A stretch of 61,723 bases of DNA, filler included, from Chiloscyllium plagiosum (Eukaryota), in the NCBI RefSeq assembly GCF_004010195.1. It is 4 parts of one record of this genome, joined end to end, with 100 filler letters (N's around TTAATTAATTAA, not from the genome) between each part and the next. Parts side by side here need not be neighbours in the genome. Positions count along the whole stretch, not along the records: positions 1 to 20,143 come from NC_057714.1; 3 more parts are not named here. One strand, written 5' to 3'. The notes below the pieces were generated by a model. It made no database searches, had not been told where the DNA came from, and saw nothing but the letters and a program-made list of their open reading frames with translations. The position numbers and the translations under genes are program-made. Of this stretch, positions 1 to 13,374 are shown one piece after another (position 1 is the first letter of the stretch; the number at the start of each line of letters is the position of its first letter).

Positions 1-206
1 TGTACTCTATGCTACTTTCTCCCCACCCCCACCCTCCTCTAGCTTATCTCTCCACGATTCAGGCTCACTGCTTTTATACATGATGAAAGGCTATTGCCCG
101 AAACGTCGATTTCGCTGCTCGTTGGATGCTGCCTGAACTGCTGTGCTCTTCCAGCACCACTGATCCAGAATCTGGTTTTCAGCATCTGCAGTCATTGTTT
201 TTACCA
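1..206 (+). mobile_element. PLE family A pLTR/3' end with degenerate hammerhead motif, cut by window start
   Basis: aTGATGAaAGGGCtattGCCCGAAACGTCGATTT followed by gatgctgcctgaactgctgtgctcttccagc...gtcattgtttttacc; matches copies at 8561 and 40005. Confidence 0.85.
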
Positions 207-954
207 GTGTAAACCATGTGCATAGCCAGTATGCATTAAGAGCCATGCTATGATAGACTAGAGTATTGACACGCTCAAACAACAATTCTGCTGCCTGCAC
301 TATGCTACAGCTCTTGAGTGAGCAGTTCTCAAGATTCATGGTGACTTGTTGCCTGTTGTATAACATTGCTAACATAAGGGAATAAAACTTGCCATCAATG
401 AGATGAGCAGCTGAGCAAAGAATGTTGACCAGAACCCCAGGGAGAACCTCTCTGCTCTTTGATAATGCATTATACTTAGTCTCCTAATATCAGATTGCTA
501 GTACAGAAAAGTGAAAGAAAGAGGAAAGAAATGCAAATATGGAATTCCAATATCAATACAAAAAAGCTCTGACCATTTTAGCACTTGTTAGATCTTTACA
601 GGAATTTCTGCATGTAGCATCTAAGGGTTGCAACAATACACTACTTCATATTTTAAGCAGCAAGCCTAAACTGTTCCTTTTCAAGTCTTCTATATAGTAT
701 GCACTAAACCATCTTGCATTACTCCAAGGAACTTTCAAGTAAGTGCTTTGGCATCTTGGGCTCATATGACTGCAGTGAGACTTGTTACAAACCTTTATTG
801 AAACATTGCAATATTGAGATAAAGCTTTGGAGTTTATTGTTCCTGGGTAACCATGGAAGCATGATCTTGTTATCCAAATACTGAGATAAACTTATCTCAA
901 AGTATATTTAAAGTGATAACTGATTTGTGATTCTTAGTTTAAGTTTATGTGTAA

Positions 955-986
955 CAAAGTTTAGTGGCTTAAGCCACTAAACTTTG
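955..986. repeat. Perfect 32-bp palindrome
   Basis: caaagtttagtggctt|aagccactaaactttg, no spacer. Confidence 0.95.
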
Positions 987-1551
987 ATAATTCCAATGAT
1001 ATCTTTAATGTCTATCTGCCAGATCATAGAGCTGTAGATTTAAAAAGTATTCCTATGATAGGCTGATAAGTACAGTTGGAGTTAACAGTTAATTCTTCTG
1101 TATGCTTTCTGTTGTAAGACATGTACTGGTTGTTGCTAATCCTGATAAAATTCAACACATTTATCATGTAAAAGTATGCAAATGAAACTTCAATTAAGCA
1201 TGCTTTGCAGCAAAATGTTTTCTTACACATAATCTTGTCCAAGGAATATCTGCTGCAAAATATTACATTGCAACTGAAGGCAATTGCAAATAAATAAATT
1301 GAATGGAATCCATATAAGTGGGAAACAATAGTTATACAGATCATATCTTTCATGTAGATTTGATAAATATCAGTTTGGTCATAGAGCCTTTAACATGCTT
1401 TGATCATCTCAGAAATGGGCACATGTTGCATATCCATAAATGACCTGGGAGTGTCAGTCTGAGATTAATTTGTTGGAGGGTTTGGGATTAAGCTGTAGGA
1501 AGTAATTGGGGTATTTTACCACTGCGGCCTCCTACAAATTACTCTTGAGAA

Positions 1552-2000
1552 TGTGACAATGCTGCTCCGTTAACAGGTTATGCTGTCCTTGATTTTTTTT
1601 CAGAGGTCATAAAAGCAGAGATTCCGAGAGGTCTGGGATTAAAGAGTTTTAAGGCCAGTTTGATTCTAGCTAACAGATACTGCCTCATGCAAAAGGTTTT
1701 CAAGTTTAAAGAAAACCCTTGTACAATGAAAGGGGAAGTGGCCAGTTCTCCCAGCCCAGCTATGGTTTGGTTTGGATTTAGCAGTCTGGCTGTTCACTGA
1801 AAACAAGGCTGTCAGTTTTGAGGCTGCTGGTCCAAGAAACAGATACATGGAAGAAGATATTCCATGGCGAATCCCTCTGCCATCTCTCTCTCTCTGTCTT
1901 CTGTAAGATCCTGTGTTTGATTTTACCTTTTGTGCCAAGGGGTGTTTGTGGGGATTGTTACAAGTATTTGGAGCAGGATCATTAAGTGCAACTTTTTCAT
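1552..2000 (+). mobile_element. Probable partial LTR, truncated by a CR1 3' end
   Basis: Starts TGTGACAATG and has LTR-like composition with a (CT)n tract; no 3' CA end or TSD seen. Confidence 0.35.
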
Positions 2001-2002
2001 AA

Positions 2003-2225
2003 AGGCTGGTACGTGTATGGAATGAGCAACCAGAGGATGTGGTGGAGGCTGGTATAATTACGATATTTAAAGGACTTTTGGATATGTATTTGCATAGGAA
2101 GGGTTTAGCTGGATAAAGGGTAAATGCTGGCAAGTGAGACTAGATTAATTTAGGATATCAGGTCGACATGAACAAGTTGAGCAGAAGGGTGTGTTTCCAT
2201 ACTGTATATCTCTATGACTCTATGA
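2003..2225 (+). mobile_element. CR1/HER1-type LINE 3' end
   Basis: gtatggaatgagc...gaggatgtggtggaggctggta and tail ctctatgactctatga; same as 48757-49232. Confidence 0.85.
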
Positions 2226-2592
2226 TCTACTCAACAATTGGGTGACTTAATGGGATTGCCAATGCCGAACACATTCTGGAAGACATCATCACATGATCTC
2301 TTAATTTCAGTTATTCCTACCTTTCAATCCTGCCAGTGGCATTCAATACAGAAATCCTCATGGAACTCCACTTTCCCAAGGGTTTTAAATATGTCCCAGT
2401 TTTAGGTTTTGAAAACAGCTCACGCAAACTATTGTAGCATGTAAAACCGCATTTGAAAGATAGCATCATTAATGAAACAACATAACCTTTTCACTCAAAA
2501 GTGATTATTCTGACAGCAACTGAGTCAGGCTGACATTCATGAGAAATGCACAACTATGCAATGTTGGGGAATACAAATGGTATTTTTATGAA

Positions 2593-2661
2593 TGATTCGG
2601 AGATGCCGGTGTTGGACTGGGGTGTACAAAGTTAAAAATCTGGTGTTGTGTGATTTTTAAC
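2593..2661. mobile_element. Minimal inverted pair of PLE family B 3' ends
   Basis: ...gtacaaagttaaaaatc|tggtgttgtgtgatttttaac; flanks tatttttatgaa / tatttatatgaa (probable TSD). Confidence 0.65.
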
Positions 2662-3684
2662 TATTTATATGAAGAGTGATTATTTAAGTATGGATGGATG
2701 ACATGTATCCATGAAATCATAACCAACCACAGGTTAGTTTCTTCAGGGCAAGAATGAAAAATATGGCTGGGGTAGGGCATGTTACTGTTCATTACAATGT
2801 AACAACACAAGTCCAATTTAAAGATACCTGCATGTTTCCTTCACAGAGAATTATCAAATAAATGAACCTCCTTAAACCATGTCAATTATTGTAACATATT
2901 TATTATATCTCCATACGGGTGTGTGATACTACCCAGCAACTAGTGATAGTGTGACTATTTCCAAAATAATTGATGTAACTTGACTCAGATCAAATATCCC
3001 TTAATGTATCCTTGAGACAGCAGCCATTTCATTGACTTACTGTAGATAAGGGTCCTCCATACTTTGCTGGTGAGTGTACTTCCCTGGAATGTTCATGGTT
3101 TATAAAATGTATCATTCATTTGTTTGCAAGATTTCCATCCTCTTCCTTTACAGTTATTATTCAATTAAAAAATCATAATAGATAGAGTGCAAGATTTGTT
3201 TAGGAAACGCAATCATGGCAAATAAATAAGAAAAAGAAGTAAAAATTGAAAATTAAGTTTTCTTCCATGGAATTGCTTAAGATCTGTTGTATGGGCCAAT
3301 TAGTTGACAATTTAATATCAAATATTTGAATTGCTCTACATTTGCTTATTAGTATTTGAAATCTTTAAGTGATCTAACAAAACTGGAGGTTAAAGGACAT
3401 TGATTGACACTTTGGTCTATCGACGCGTTGACTAGACCCTAATTATAGCAATCCAAATAAACTCTACCATCCTGCTCTCCTCTCATTGCTCACTATTGCT
3501 TTTTGCTTCAAATATTTACTGCAGTGGCTCAAAGTATAATATTGGCACAATCAAGTCATATTGAATATGTTTTATTATTATTATCTAGTGGGTATCACTG
3601 GTAAGACCAAACTTTATTGCCCATCCCTAAATCCCTTGAGAAGGTGTTGGTGAATTGCCCTTTTAGATGACTATTTTCCATCTA

Positions 3685-4610
3685 AGAGAAAGTGAGGACT
3701 GCAGATGATGGAAATCAGAGTGGAAAAGTGTGGTATCGGAAAAGCACAGCTGGTCAGGCAGCATCTAAGAGCAGGGGAGTCGATGTTTCGAGCATGACCT
3801 CATCATCAGTAATGAGCAGAGAAGGGCCCAAGGGGGCTGATAGATAAATGGGGGCAAGGTGGGACTGGGGGGAGGGTAGCTGGCAATTTGATAGATAGAT
3901 GAAGGTGGGGGATGATGGTGATATGTCAGAGACGAGGGTGGAGCGGATAGGTGGGGAGGGAATGGACAGGAAGGACATTTCAAGAGGGCAGTGCTGAGTT
4001 AGGGGGTTGGAACTGGGATAAAGTGGGGGCAGGGGAAAAGAGGAAAGTGGTTAAATCAACTTTGATCCTGTGTAGTTGGAGGGTCCCAAGGTGGAAGATG
4101 AGGCATTCTTTGTCCAGGCGTCAGGTGGCTACAGTTTGGCAGTGGAGGAGGCCAAGGACTTCTATGTATAGGATGTAGAGGAGACCACATCAAGAGCAAC
4201 AGACACAGTAGATGATATGTGTGGAAGTACAGATAAATCTCTGTCGGGTGTGGAAGGATCCTTTGGGCCTTGGATGGAGGTGAGAGGGCAGGTGTGGGTG
4301 CAAGTTTTGCACTTCTTGTGGTGGCAATGGATGGTGCCAGGAGTGAGGGTGAGTTGGTGGGGGATGTGAACCTAACAAGGGAGTCACGGAGGCCATGGTC
4401 TCTGCAGAATACAGATAGGGGTGGGAAGGGAAACATATCCCAGGTAGTGGGGTCTGTTTGTAGGTGGTGGAAATCGTTGGTGAATCTGGAGGTTGGTGGG
4501 GTGGGAGATGAGAACCGGGGTGGGGACTTGGGTTCAGTCCTTCTTGCAATTGGAGGGGTGGGGTTCAAGGGCAGAGGTACGGGAAGTGAAGGAGATGCAC
4601 TGGAGGGCAT
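3685..4610 (-). mobile_element. PLE family A, left (inverted) arm: Cys linker, GIY-YIG endonuclease, pLTR with tail
   Basis: Minus-strand peptides PKGSFHTRQRFICTSTHIIYCVCC and HHLQTDPTTWDMFP; pLTR at 3685-3810. Confidence 0.9.
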
Positions 4611-5982
4611 CCCCACCTTTTCCTCCGCTACATCGATGACTTATCAGTGCCACCTCATACTCCCATGAGGAGACTGAACAGTTCATCAACTTCCCGAACA
4701 CATTCTACCCTGACCGTATGATCAACTGGACCATCTCCTACACCTCCCTCCCCTTCCTGGACCTCTCCATCTCCACTTCCAACAACTGACTCAACACAGA
4801 CATCTACTTCAAACACACACTGACATCCACAGCTACCTGGGCTACATCTCCTCCCACCTGCCTCTTGTAAAAATATTATCTCTTACTCCCAATTCCCTGC
4901 CTCTGCCCCATCTGCTCCCAGGAGGGCCAATTCCACCACAGAACATCCCAGATGGCCACTTTCCTTCAGGGACCACAATTTCCTCTCCCACATGGTCAAC
5001 CATGCCTTCCAGTGCATCTCCTCCACTTCCCGTGCCTCTGCCCTTGAACCCCACCCCTCCAATCACAACAAGGACAGAACAACCCCTGGCCTTCAACTTC
5101 CACCCCACAAACCTTCAGATTCAATGTATTATCTTTCACCATTTCCACCATTTATAAACGGATCCCACCACCAGTGGTATATTTCCCTCCCCACCCTATC
5201 TGCATTCCCTCCGCGAGCCCCTTGTTAGGTTCACGCCCCCCACCCTTCACTCCCAATACCTTCCGCTGCCACTGCAGGAAGTGGAAACTTGCACCTTCGC
5301 CTCCCCCCTCACCTCCATCCAAGGCCCCAAAGGATCCTTCCACATCTGACAGAGGTTTACCTGTACTTTCACTTATGTCATCTACTGTGTCCGTTGCTCT
5401 CGATGTGGTCTCCTCTACAATGGGGAGACAGGACGCCAGCTTGCGGAATGTTTCAGAGGACATCTCTGGGACACATGCACTAAACAAGCCCACCACCTGT
5501 GGCCGAACACTTCAACTCCCCCTCCCACTCCACCAAGGACATATAAGTCCTTGGCCTCCTCCACTGTCAAACTATAGCCACCTGACGCCTGGATGAAGAA
5601 TGCCTCATCTTCTGCCTTGGGATCTTCCAACCACACAGGATCAATGTTGATTTAACCACTTTCCTCGTTTCCCTTGACCCCACTTTACTCCAGAGTCCAA
5701 CCCTCTAACTTGGCACCGACCTCTTGAATTGTCCTTCCTGTCCACCTCCTTTCCCACCTATCTACTCCACCCTCGTCTCTGACTTATCACCATCATCCTC
5801 CACCTTCATCTACCTATCGCATTGCCAGCTACCTTCCCCCAGACCCACCTCCCTCCCATTTATCTCAGCCCCCTCGGGCCCTCCTCATTCCTGATGAAGA
5901 ATTCATGCTCGAAGCATCGACTCTCCTGCTCCTCAGATGCTGCCTGACTGGCTGTGTTTTCCCAGTGCCACACTTCTTGACT
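4611..5982 (+). mobile_element. PLE family A, right arm: RT C-terminus, GIY-YIG, pLTR (decayed)
   Basis: ccccaccttttcctccgctacatcgatgac encodes PHLFLRYIDD; endonuclease LLYNGETGR; CTGATGAAG...GAAGC motif near 5891; TSD 3669-3684 / 5979-5994. Confidence 0.9.
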
Positions 5983-6149
5983 GCTTTCCATCTAGTGTAA
6001 GGATTCCCACAGTACTGTTAGGGGTAATCTTACAATCTCCCTTTGAACATTCAGTGGCAGTAGTATTGCTGAATGCCCACTACCAACATCCTGCAGGCAA
6101 CCATCAACTTGCAATTGAATTGGACTAACCCTTTAAATACTGTGGGGGT

Positions 6150-6720
6150 AAGAGCAGATCAAAGGCAGGAATAGTACAATGAATAATTTACCTCCTGAAC
6201 TCCCCCAAGCTATTCCACAAGGCGTAAGTCATGAATGTGATGGTTGCTTCCCAATAGTCTGAATTAATGCAACTCCAACAATGCTCAAGAAGCTTGATAC
6301 CATCCCGAACAAAGCAGCACATTTGATTGGCACCACATCTGTAAACATTCACTCCCTCTCGCAGAAACCCACAGAGGCTATGGTGTGTACTAACTACAAG
6401 ATTCACTGCGAGAATTCACCTGCACCGCTTAGTCAGCAACTTTCAAACCTATAAACACTACCACGTCGAAGGACAAGGGCAGCAAGTACCTGGGAAGACC
6501 ATCACCTGCCATATCCCTTCCAAGCCACTCACCATCCTGACATGGAAATATACTGTCATTTTATCACTATCTCTGATTTGCTGTCAAAATCATGGAATTC
6601 CCTTGTTATCAATACTTCAGGTGCAGCTGCTGCAGATTGACAGCAACAGTGCAAGAAAGCAGTCTCCACTAACATCTCAATGGCAATTATTCCACATTAC
6701 TCCATATCCCTGAATGATTT
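6150..6720 (+). mobile_element. Old non-LTR retrotransposon RT C-terminus and 3' UTR (clade uncertain)
   Basis: Decayed HKA*VMNVM...PTMLKKLDTIPNKAAHLIG peptide; its 3' end resembles the tail of the second SINE family. Confidence 0.6.
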
Positions 6721-8124
6721 TTTTTTAAAAGAATGAAATGTTAGCTAGAATTCCTACTCCAATACTTGTTAGAATAACATGTGTGTGAACACATCGTGGA
6801 AAGGCTTAGACTGAAATGTGATTCTCCACAATATGCAGCACAAGATGATCAGAACATACATTAAGGCATGGGAAATCTGCACTGTTTATTGACACATTTT
6901 GACATTGTTGGGTTTTCACGCGGCTGCCAGGGAGATTGGGATGGGAAAACCTATTAACAGTTTGAAGAAGTAATACATATTGACCACAGTACCATTGGTA
7001 ATAATGGCTTGAAATTTATTATTTTGCACTTAGAAAACAATTTTATTTCTGTTGTTTACATATGATTCAATGATAATAAGTCAGAAAGAAAATTATATAC
7101 CCTTTTTCTGTCATGAAGTCAACTTTTATCCAAATGGTTATTAAAAGTTAGTCTCTTCTCCTTATAATGAAAAACAACATGGTTAGTGCAAATTGTAATA
7201 TGATATGACAATGCAGTTTTTTTCTCACATAAATTCCTCCAAAGATCACAAGTTTCTGCCATACAGGTACTTATCCATTAACATACTTTACAAAAAACAA
7301 CAGGCAAAGTTTCAGGGCATCTGTCATGTTATTGACAGCTTCCTTAAGGGCAGTCTTCTTAAGTTCCTGTTCAATTGATAGAGGGATTTATCATTGGCAC
7401 ATAAAGCTAATAACAAGATGTAATTGACATTGAAAGGTGTGGATCCTTTAAGCACTGAATTTCCTTGACTAATCCAATGTATCAATATGTCTCGATCAAA
7501 TTTCACAAGGTGGCAATTTAGTGTTAACCTAAAGACTGTTGAGTTGTCAACAAGGTAGAACGAACAGTACACCTTTGTGTCTCTGTGATGACCTGAAAGC
7601 TGTTTGGAGTCATCCAATTTAATGAGACAGTATTGCATTAGTGTTCTATTCAATATTACTTAATGAGATACTTTTACAGCACAAAGAAGCCTTTCGGTTT
7701 GTCAAGTCTGATTTAGATTTTACTTGAGCAATACAAAACTAATTCCAGCAACTTGCTTCCTCACCAAAGCCCTGCATCTTTCTTTACTTAAAGATTATCC
7801 ACTCTTCCCAATCAGTGTATCTGCCACAATCATTCGCTATAGAAAACATTACAAGCTTCAGCAACAATATTCTTAAAAATTTAAATCATGAATTTAAATT
7901 TATATAATGCTTCAATGAAAGGAAATAGCCTTTCCCTATTCATTTCATCAAAACTTTTCTCAATTTTAAAATCCTCTGTTAAATTTCCTCAAACCTCTCT
8001 GCTTCAGTGGAACTGGTCCCAGAACCTGCTTGTAACTATAATATTCCATCTCTGGTGCCATCACTGTACACTCACTATGGCTTTAAAGTCCTTTTATTAA
8101 AGGGGAATAAAAAAATGCACAGAA

Positions 8125-8250
8125 TATGATGAAGGGTCATCTAGTCTTGAAAAGTTAGCTTGCTCTCTTGCCATGGATGCTGTCTGACCTGCTGTTACTT
8201 CTAGCATTTTGTATTTTCAGTACAGATTCCCGCAGCTGCAGTACTTTACT
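8125..8250 (+). mobile_element. Old PLE pLTR fragment (family C/D) with decayed hammerhead motif
   Basis: atgatgaagggtcatctagtcttgaaaagttagc...gatgctgtctgacctgctg. Confidence 0.6.
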
Positions 8251-8560
8251 CTTACATTATGTTTTGTCAAACTCCAAATTCAGCATCAACTCTGTACTCT
8301 TGCACTTCTGTGTTTACATATATGTGAAGTCAAAGACTGCTGCTGTCAATTTTATGCCATTATATGCGATGATTTGATTCTTCTAGGTTCCCCATTTCTC
8401 CACATATCTCAGAAGACAGACAAAAAAGCTGATCTATGATGAGGAAAAGCACTGACAAAGTATTGAATGGACAGAAAGGATGAAAAATAGCTCAGTACAA
8501 CAGTGACTTTGAAAATTTTACTATTTTCCCATTTTTCTCTCTGCTTCTCCCATCCACCTT

Positions 8561-8699
8561 TATTCCTGATGAAGGGCTTTTGCCCGAACGTCGATTTCGA
8601 AGCTCCTCGGATGCTGCCTGAACTGCTGTGCTCTTCCAGCACCACTGATCCAGAATCTGGTTTCCAGCATCTGCAGTCATTGTTTTTACCTCGTTGATT
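8561..8699 (+). mobile_element. 139-bp PLE family A mini-insertion with 16-bp TSD
   Basis: TSD ttctcccatccacctt at 8545-8560 and 8700-8715; the insert starts about 5 nt before CTGATGA. Confidence 0.9.
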
Positions 8700-9139
8700 T
8701 TCTCCCATCCACCTTCTATTTCATTTGAGTTTTTTTTCTCTCATATCTTTTATATTTCCATTATTCCATGTTGCACAAAAACTTTTATTGGAACTTCAAT
8801 TATCTCTAAAAGGATATTTACTCAAAGATTCTTAGTATTCACATTCTGTTTTAAAAAAAGTCTTAAACATGCAGACTACACGATCATTCCACCTTTGTAA
8901 TATAATGCACCGTGCGCCACACATATATAAAGGTTGGAACCCAGAGAAAACAATAAAAAATTCAACATCGGCAGAAACAGTTGCAGATTGAGGCTATGAT
9001 GTTATGGCCCGAATATTTATCGTCACTTGTGTCAAGTTTTTATGCAAGGAATAAAGCCTAACTATTTCAACACTATAGACTTCATTGAAAAAAAAACAAA
9101 ACTTGACCATTAACCTTGTTCTAACAACGTTTTACTCCT

Positions 9140-9430
9140 TACTGAGAGGGTTCAGAAAAGATTTACCAGGATGCTTCCAGGACTGGAGGGTTTCAGTTAT
9201 ATAGAGAGGCTGGTTAGGCTGGGACTTTTTTGCTGGAGTGTAGGAGTTTTAGAGATGACCTTACAGAGGTTTACAAAATCATGAGAGACACAGATAAGGT
9301 GAATAGCAAAGGTCTTTTCCCGAGGGCAGGGAAAACTAGAGGGTATAATTTTAAGATAGAGAAGAAAGATTTTAAATGGATTTTTCACAATTTTTTCACA
9401 CAGAGGGTGGTTCATTTGTGTAATGAACTA
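9140..9430 (+). mobile_element. CR1 ORF2 C-terminal fragment
   Basis: RVQKRFTRMLPGL, RDDLTEVYKIMR and NFFTQRVVHL motifs. Confidence 0.9.
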
Positions 9431-9464
9431 CACCACATGGAAGGTGGCTCTGAATTAGGTTAGG

Positions 9465-9579
9465 AGAAAGTGAGCACTGCAGATGCTGGAGATCAGAGTC
9501 AAAGAGTGTGGTGCTGGAAAAGCACAGCAGGTCAGGCAGCATCTGAGGAGCAGGAGAGTCGACATTTTGGGCATAAGCC
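9465..9579 (-). mobile_element. 115-bp PLE family A mini-insertion with 15-bp TSD
   Basis: TSD ctgaattaggttagg at 9450-9464 and 9580-9594. Confidence 0.9.
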
Positions 9580-10941
9580 CTGAATTAGGTTAGGTCTTTT
9601 TACTTCAATTAGTCTGATAAACTGTGATTTTGTGGGTATCCAATACAAATTTGCATTTATATCCACTTATTTTATGTTTCTGATTAAAAGTGAGGTAAAG
9701 GGCATAAGGAGCAGGCAGGAGAATGGAGTAGAAACCAGGAAAAGATCGCCATGATCATGTCAAATGGCAGAGTGGGCCCAGGGGTTGAATTTCCTACTCT
9801 CGCTCCTAATTCTAATGTTATTCCTACTTCAATAATTCCCCAGCACCCCTTTGATGAGCAGCTATTCATAGGAAACTAAAACTTCAGCCCTAAGAGTGTG
9901 AATTGGACAGCTGAGGGTGGGATCAGCATCCTACTGATCACAGCTTCTCCCATACCCACGTCTACTCAACCTTGTTTCCCATGAGATGTTTGGTCCGAGG
10001 CCACATCATATCTGACCCATGGTTAGCTGCCTGCCTAAAATAGACAGGAAGCAAAGTTAGGTGGTGGGCAAGGGTGGGGGTTTAGATAGCCAAGAGGCTC
10101 TGAACACTCTCTCACTATCATCAGCTGGTACTCAGATCACAGTTCAATTCTCAGTCAGGGCCTATTGAGAAAGAGAAGAATATTCATGCCTGGTCCTTGT
10201 CAGGATGATGGATCAGAACGTTATTTTACTTATGGACATCTGGAATGCTTGAACAAGGCATGTCTGGCTGATAAGGTAACTTCTAAAAATGAAATGCACC
10301 GACTGTCAAAAGATTCCCTGTGTGAACACTTCGTAGGATGCCAAAGAAGCTTGAAAGAGTAAGACTTCAAAAGGCAGAGGTGCAAGGCAATCTAATTAAC
10401 TCCTCTCAATAGTAAAATATCTCCTGTGTGTTATGTTCCAGACTGACACATGGGTCGAAAAAAAAATTGTGTTTTTACCTTTCCAGACATATGACCAAAA
10501 TAGGTTAAAAAGAAGACTGTAACCCTGATCTCAGTGTGCCAGAAGCTGAATGTGCCAGTGTGGATTAATGTGCTGTGAAGGTCAATATACAACAATATGC
10601 AATGCTGTACTGTAGATAGAAAGAAAAGGCACTCTCTTGCTCTGATTGCTGGAAGACAGTTACCATCAAAAAGGAAACAGGACAAAATAATTTCTTACAA
10701 AATAACCTGCAAAACCAAGATACTCAAAATCTACCATTTTCAATGCTACTGGTATCATGCAATGTAGTAGTCACAATATTCCACTAACGTCTCTTCATTA
10801 TCAAAAAGGGACTGAACTGATATCACTTAACTGATTTCTTGGACTGTTTTCTAATTTCTCATCTGTGTGGAAGGGTGTTGCATTATTCCTTCTCCTCATG
10901 CTCAATAACTGATAAACTTACTCTATTAGTAAGCCTACATA

Positions 10942-11290
10942 AGGGGAAGGTGAAGGCCTAGTGGTATTATCACTGTGCTGTTAATCTGGAAAGCTAGATA
11001 ATGTTCTGGGGGCCTGGGTTCTAATCCTGCTGTGGCAAATGATGGAATTTGAGTTTAATTATTTTAAAAAAATCTGGAATTGAGGATCTAATGATGATCA
11101 TGAGTTGATTGTTAGGAAAAAACCTATCTAGTGTACTAATGCTCTTTGGGAAAGGATTCTGCCATCCTTACATAGTCTGGCCCATGTGTAACTCCAGACC
11201 CACAGTAATGTGGTTGACTCCCAATTGTGCTCTGGGCAAGAAATGCTGGCCCAGCCAGTGATACCCTCATCCCTGTGAATGAATAATTTT
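10942..11290 (+). mobile_element. tRNA-derived SINE (second, non-HE1 family)
   Basis: A-box-like ggcctagtgg, B-box-like ggttctaatcc; tail ...ccagtgataccctcatccctgtgaatgaataa; homologous to 25440-25793 and 26875-27165. Confidence 0.7.
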
Positions 11291-11539
11291 AAAATGTCAT
11301 TAATTTGATCTGGGAGTAAAGTATCCCCAAAAAAGGGGGATCCTTTCAATGAAACTTGTTGTGACTAGTTTGTGGGTGAATAAGGAAGGGACCATGTTCA
11401 TCATCACCTCCCACACACACTCCCCCAACCCAGGAGTTTAACAATTTGGGATATAATCTGAAACTGTCATGAAAAGGAAGCCCTTACTTGGGGACACCGA
11501 GTTACAAAATGTATCACTGATGAAAATGTCAAACATTTA

Positions 11540-11645
11540 GTGTTCTAAGGAAGGGTCACTAGACCTGAAATTTTAATTCTGATTTCTCTCCACAGATGCT
11601 GTCAGAAATGTTGAGCTTTCCCATCACTTTTTGTTCTTGTTTCAA
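11540..11645 (+). mobile_element. PLE family C pLTR fragment
   Basis: gttctaaggaagggtcactagacctgaaa...ctctccacagatgctg. Confidence 0.6.
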
Positions 11646-12814
11646 ACATTAAATGTGCTCTGCTTAGAATTGTATATCTTTCCCACTAACTAAAGATATG
11701 TCTTAAATTGAAAGAAAGCTTCTGTGGAGCATCAAGGAATAGGATTATTGTCACAACCCCATGTTAATTGCTTGGCATGGCAGGCAAGTTCAGGCTGATT
11801 TTCTTCTTTGGGAACATTGCCTATGGAGGTGAGGTGGGCATTAGCAGCTTGACTCAAAGATGTAGACAAAGTCACAGCTCAAATCCTGGTGATCTTTATA
11901 CCTCTTAGTTCAGGTGCTTGTTGCCTGGGACATAAATCCACATCTACAGGTGGATTAGCCTCTGACATTTTAAAGTAGACATCATCAGCTAATACTCACT
12001 CAATCACCATTAGGTGATTACGATGAGACAGTGATGCTCATTCATTCAAGACACCTGTGACCTTCATTGCCACAAGCAAAGGAACTCCAGTCACAGAAGA
12101 GACCTATAGGTCACAGATACCATTTCACAAAGATATGTAATCAATGCCTTGGAAAACTTCAACCATGCTGGACGATAATCGAGTGAGTTTTGCAAAGACC
12201 ACTTTATTGTAATTACAGGCTCAAGATATGTTGAAAAATTACGTAAATGTTGCTAAGGATTTTCTCACATGTAAAATCTAATATGATTTAAGTTAGCTTG
12301 ACAAATGATAATAGTTTCATGTTTGATGCTACACAACATGAAGCAGAGTTGGCAAGAAAGTGAACTCATTGCCTTGTGTTTTTTGGGCCTTGTGAGAGCC
12401 CATGCAGATTCAAAATTGTATGATTGAATTTCATATTATGCACTGAGTCAGGTTGAACTATAATTTTTTATCATATCCACTGTGAATATCAGTTGGGAGT
12501 ATGTAGAACAAATTCATGATGTTAATCAATAACCAAAACACTAATTTGATACCAGCTTTGCCATTTTGAACACTTAATGATCCAGCTAATACACTCTCTT
12601 AATCTTACATTCAATGGCAGGAAGGGGTCTTCACCAACACTATTTGTAGAGAGTACCCACTATTTATGGGACTGGTTGCTACTTGGTTTTCTTTGGCTGC
12701 AACTCTACGTACACTTTGTGTTTAGTATGCTTGTATCAAGTTGCAAAAGACCAAAGGGTGCGATGGAGTAAGTGTTGAAGTCTCAGTTTTGCTTTCAAGA
12801 CTTTAAGCTATACA

Positions 12815-13250
12815 AGTCATAGAACAAAGCATTTGGTCCATCACGTCTATGCTGACCAACTAATAGTAAGCTACACCGATCCCATCCCCCTGCACTTGGT
12901 CCATAGCTGTTTTGCTCTGTCATTGTAAGTGCTTATCCAGATGATGCTTAAATATTGTGAGAGTATCTGCCTCCACCGCCTCTCGGGCAGCACTTTCCAT
13001 ATTTCTACAACCCTTTTGGGTGAAAAGATATTTTCATATTTCCTCAAAACCACTTAAACTTCACCTTAAACTTGCTCCCTTTGGTCTTAGACATGTCTAC
13101 CATGGGCAAGAGATCTCCCATAATTTTGTACACCTCAATCAGATCCTCCCTCGGCCTCCTCTGTTCCAAGGAGAACAAATCAAGCCTATCCAGTCTCTCC
13201 TCATAACTGAGGCTTTTCTCCACAAACATCATTCTGGTGAATCTCTGCTG
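12815..13250 (-). mobile_element. CR1 3' fragment
   Basis: QQRFTRM...LDLFSLEQRRPREDLIEVYKIM. Confidence 0.85.
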
Positions 13251-13374
13251 CATAAATAGTGGCTCCCAGACATGTGTTCATTAATTTTGGAATGCATACA
13301 TTGACATGAAGAATGCATACAGAAAGATTGAGCCAGAGGAAATACTGGAAAGAGGAGCAAGGCTGTTAGCATGT

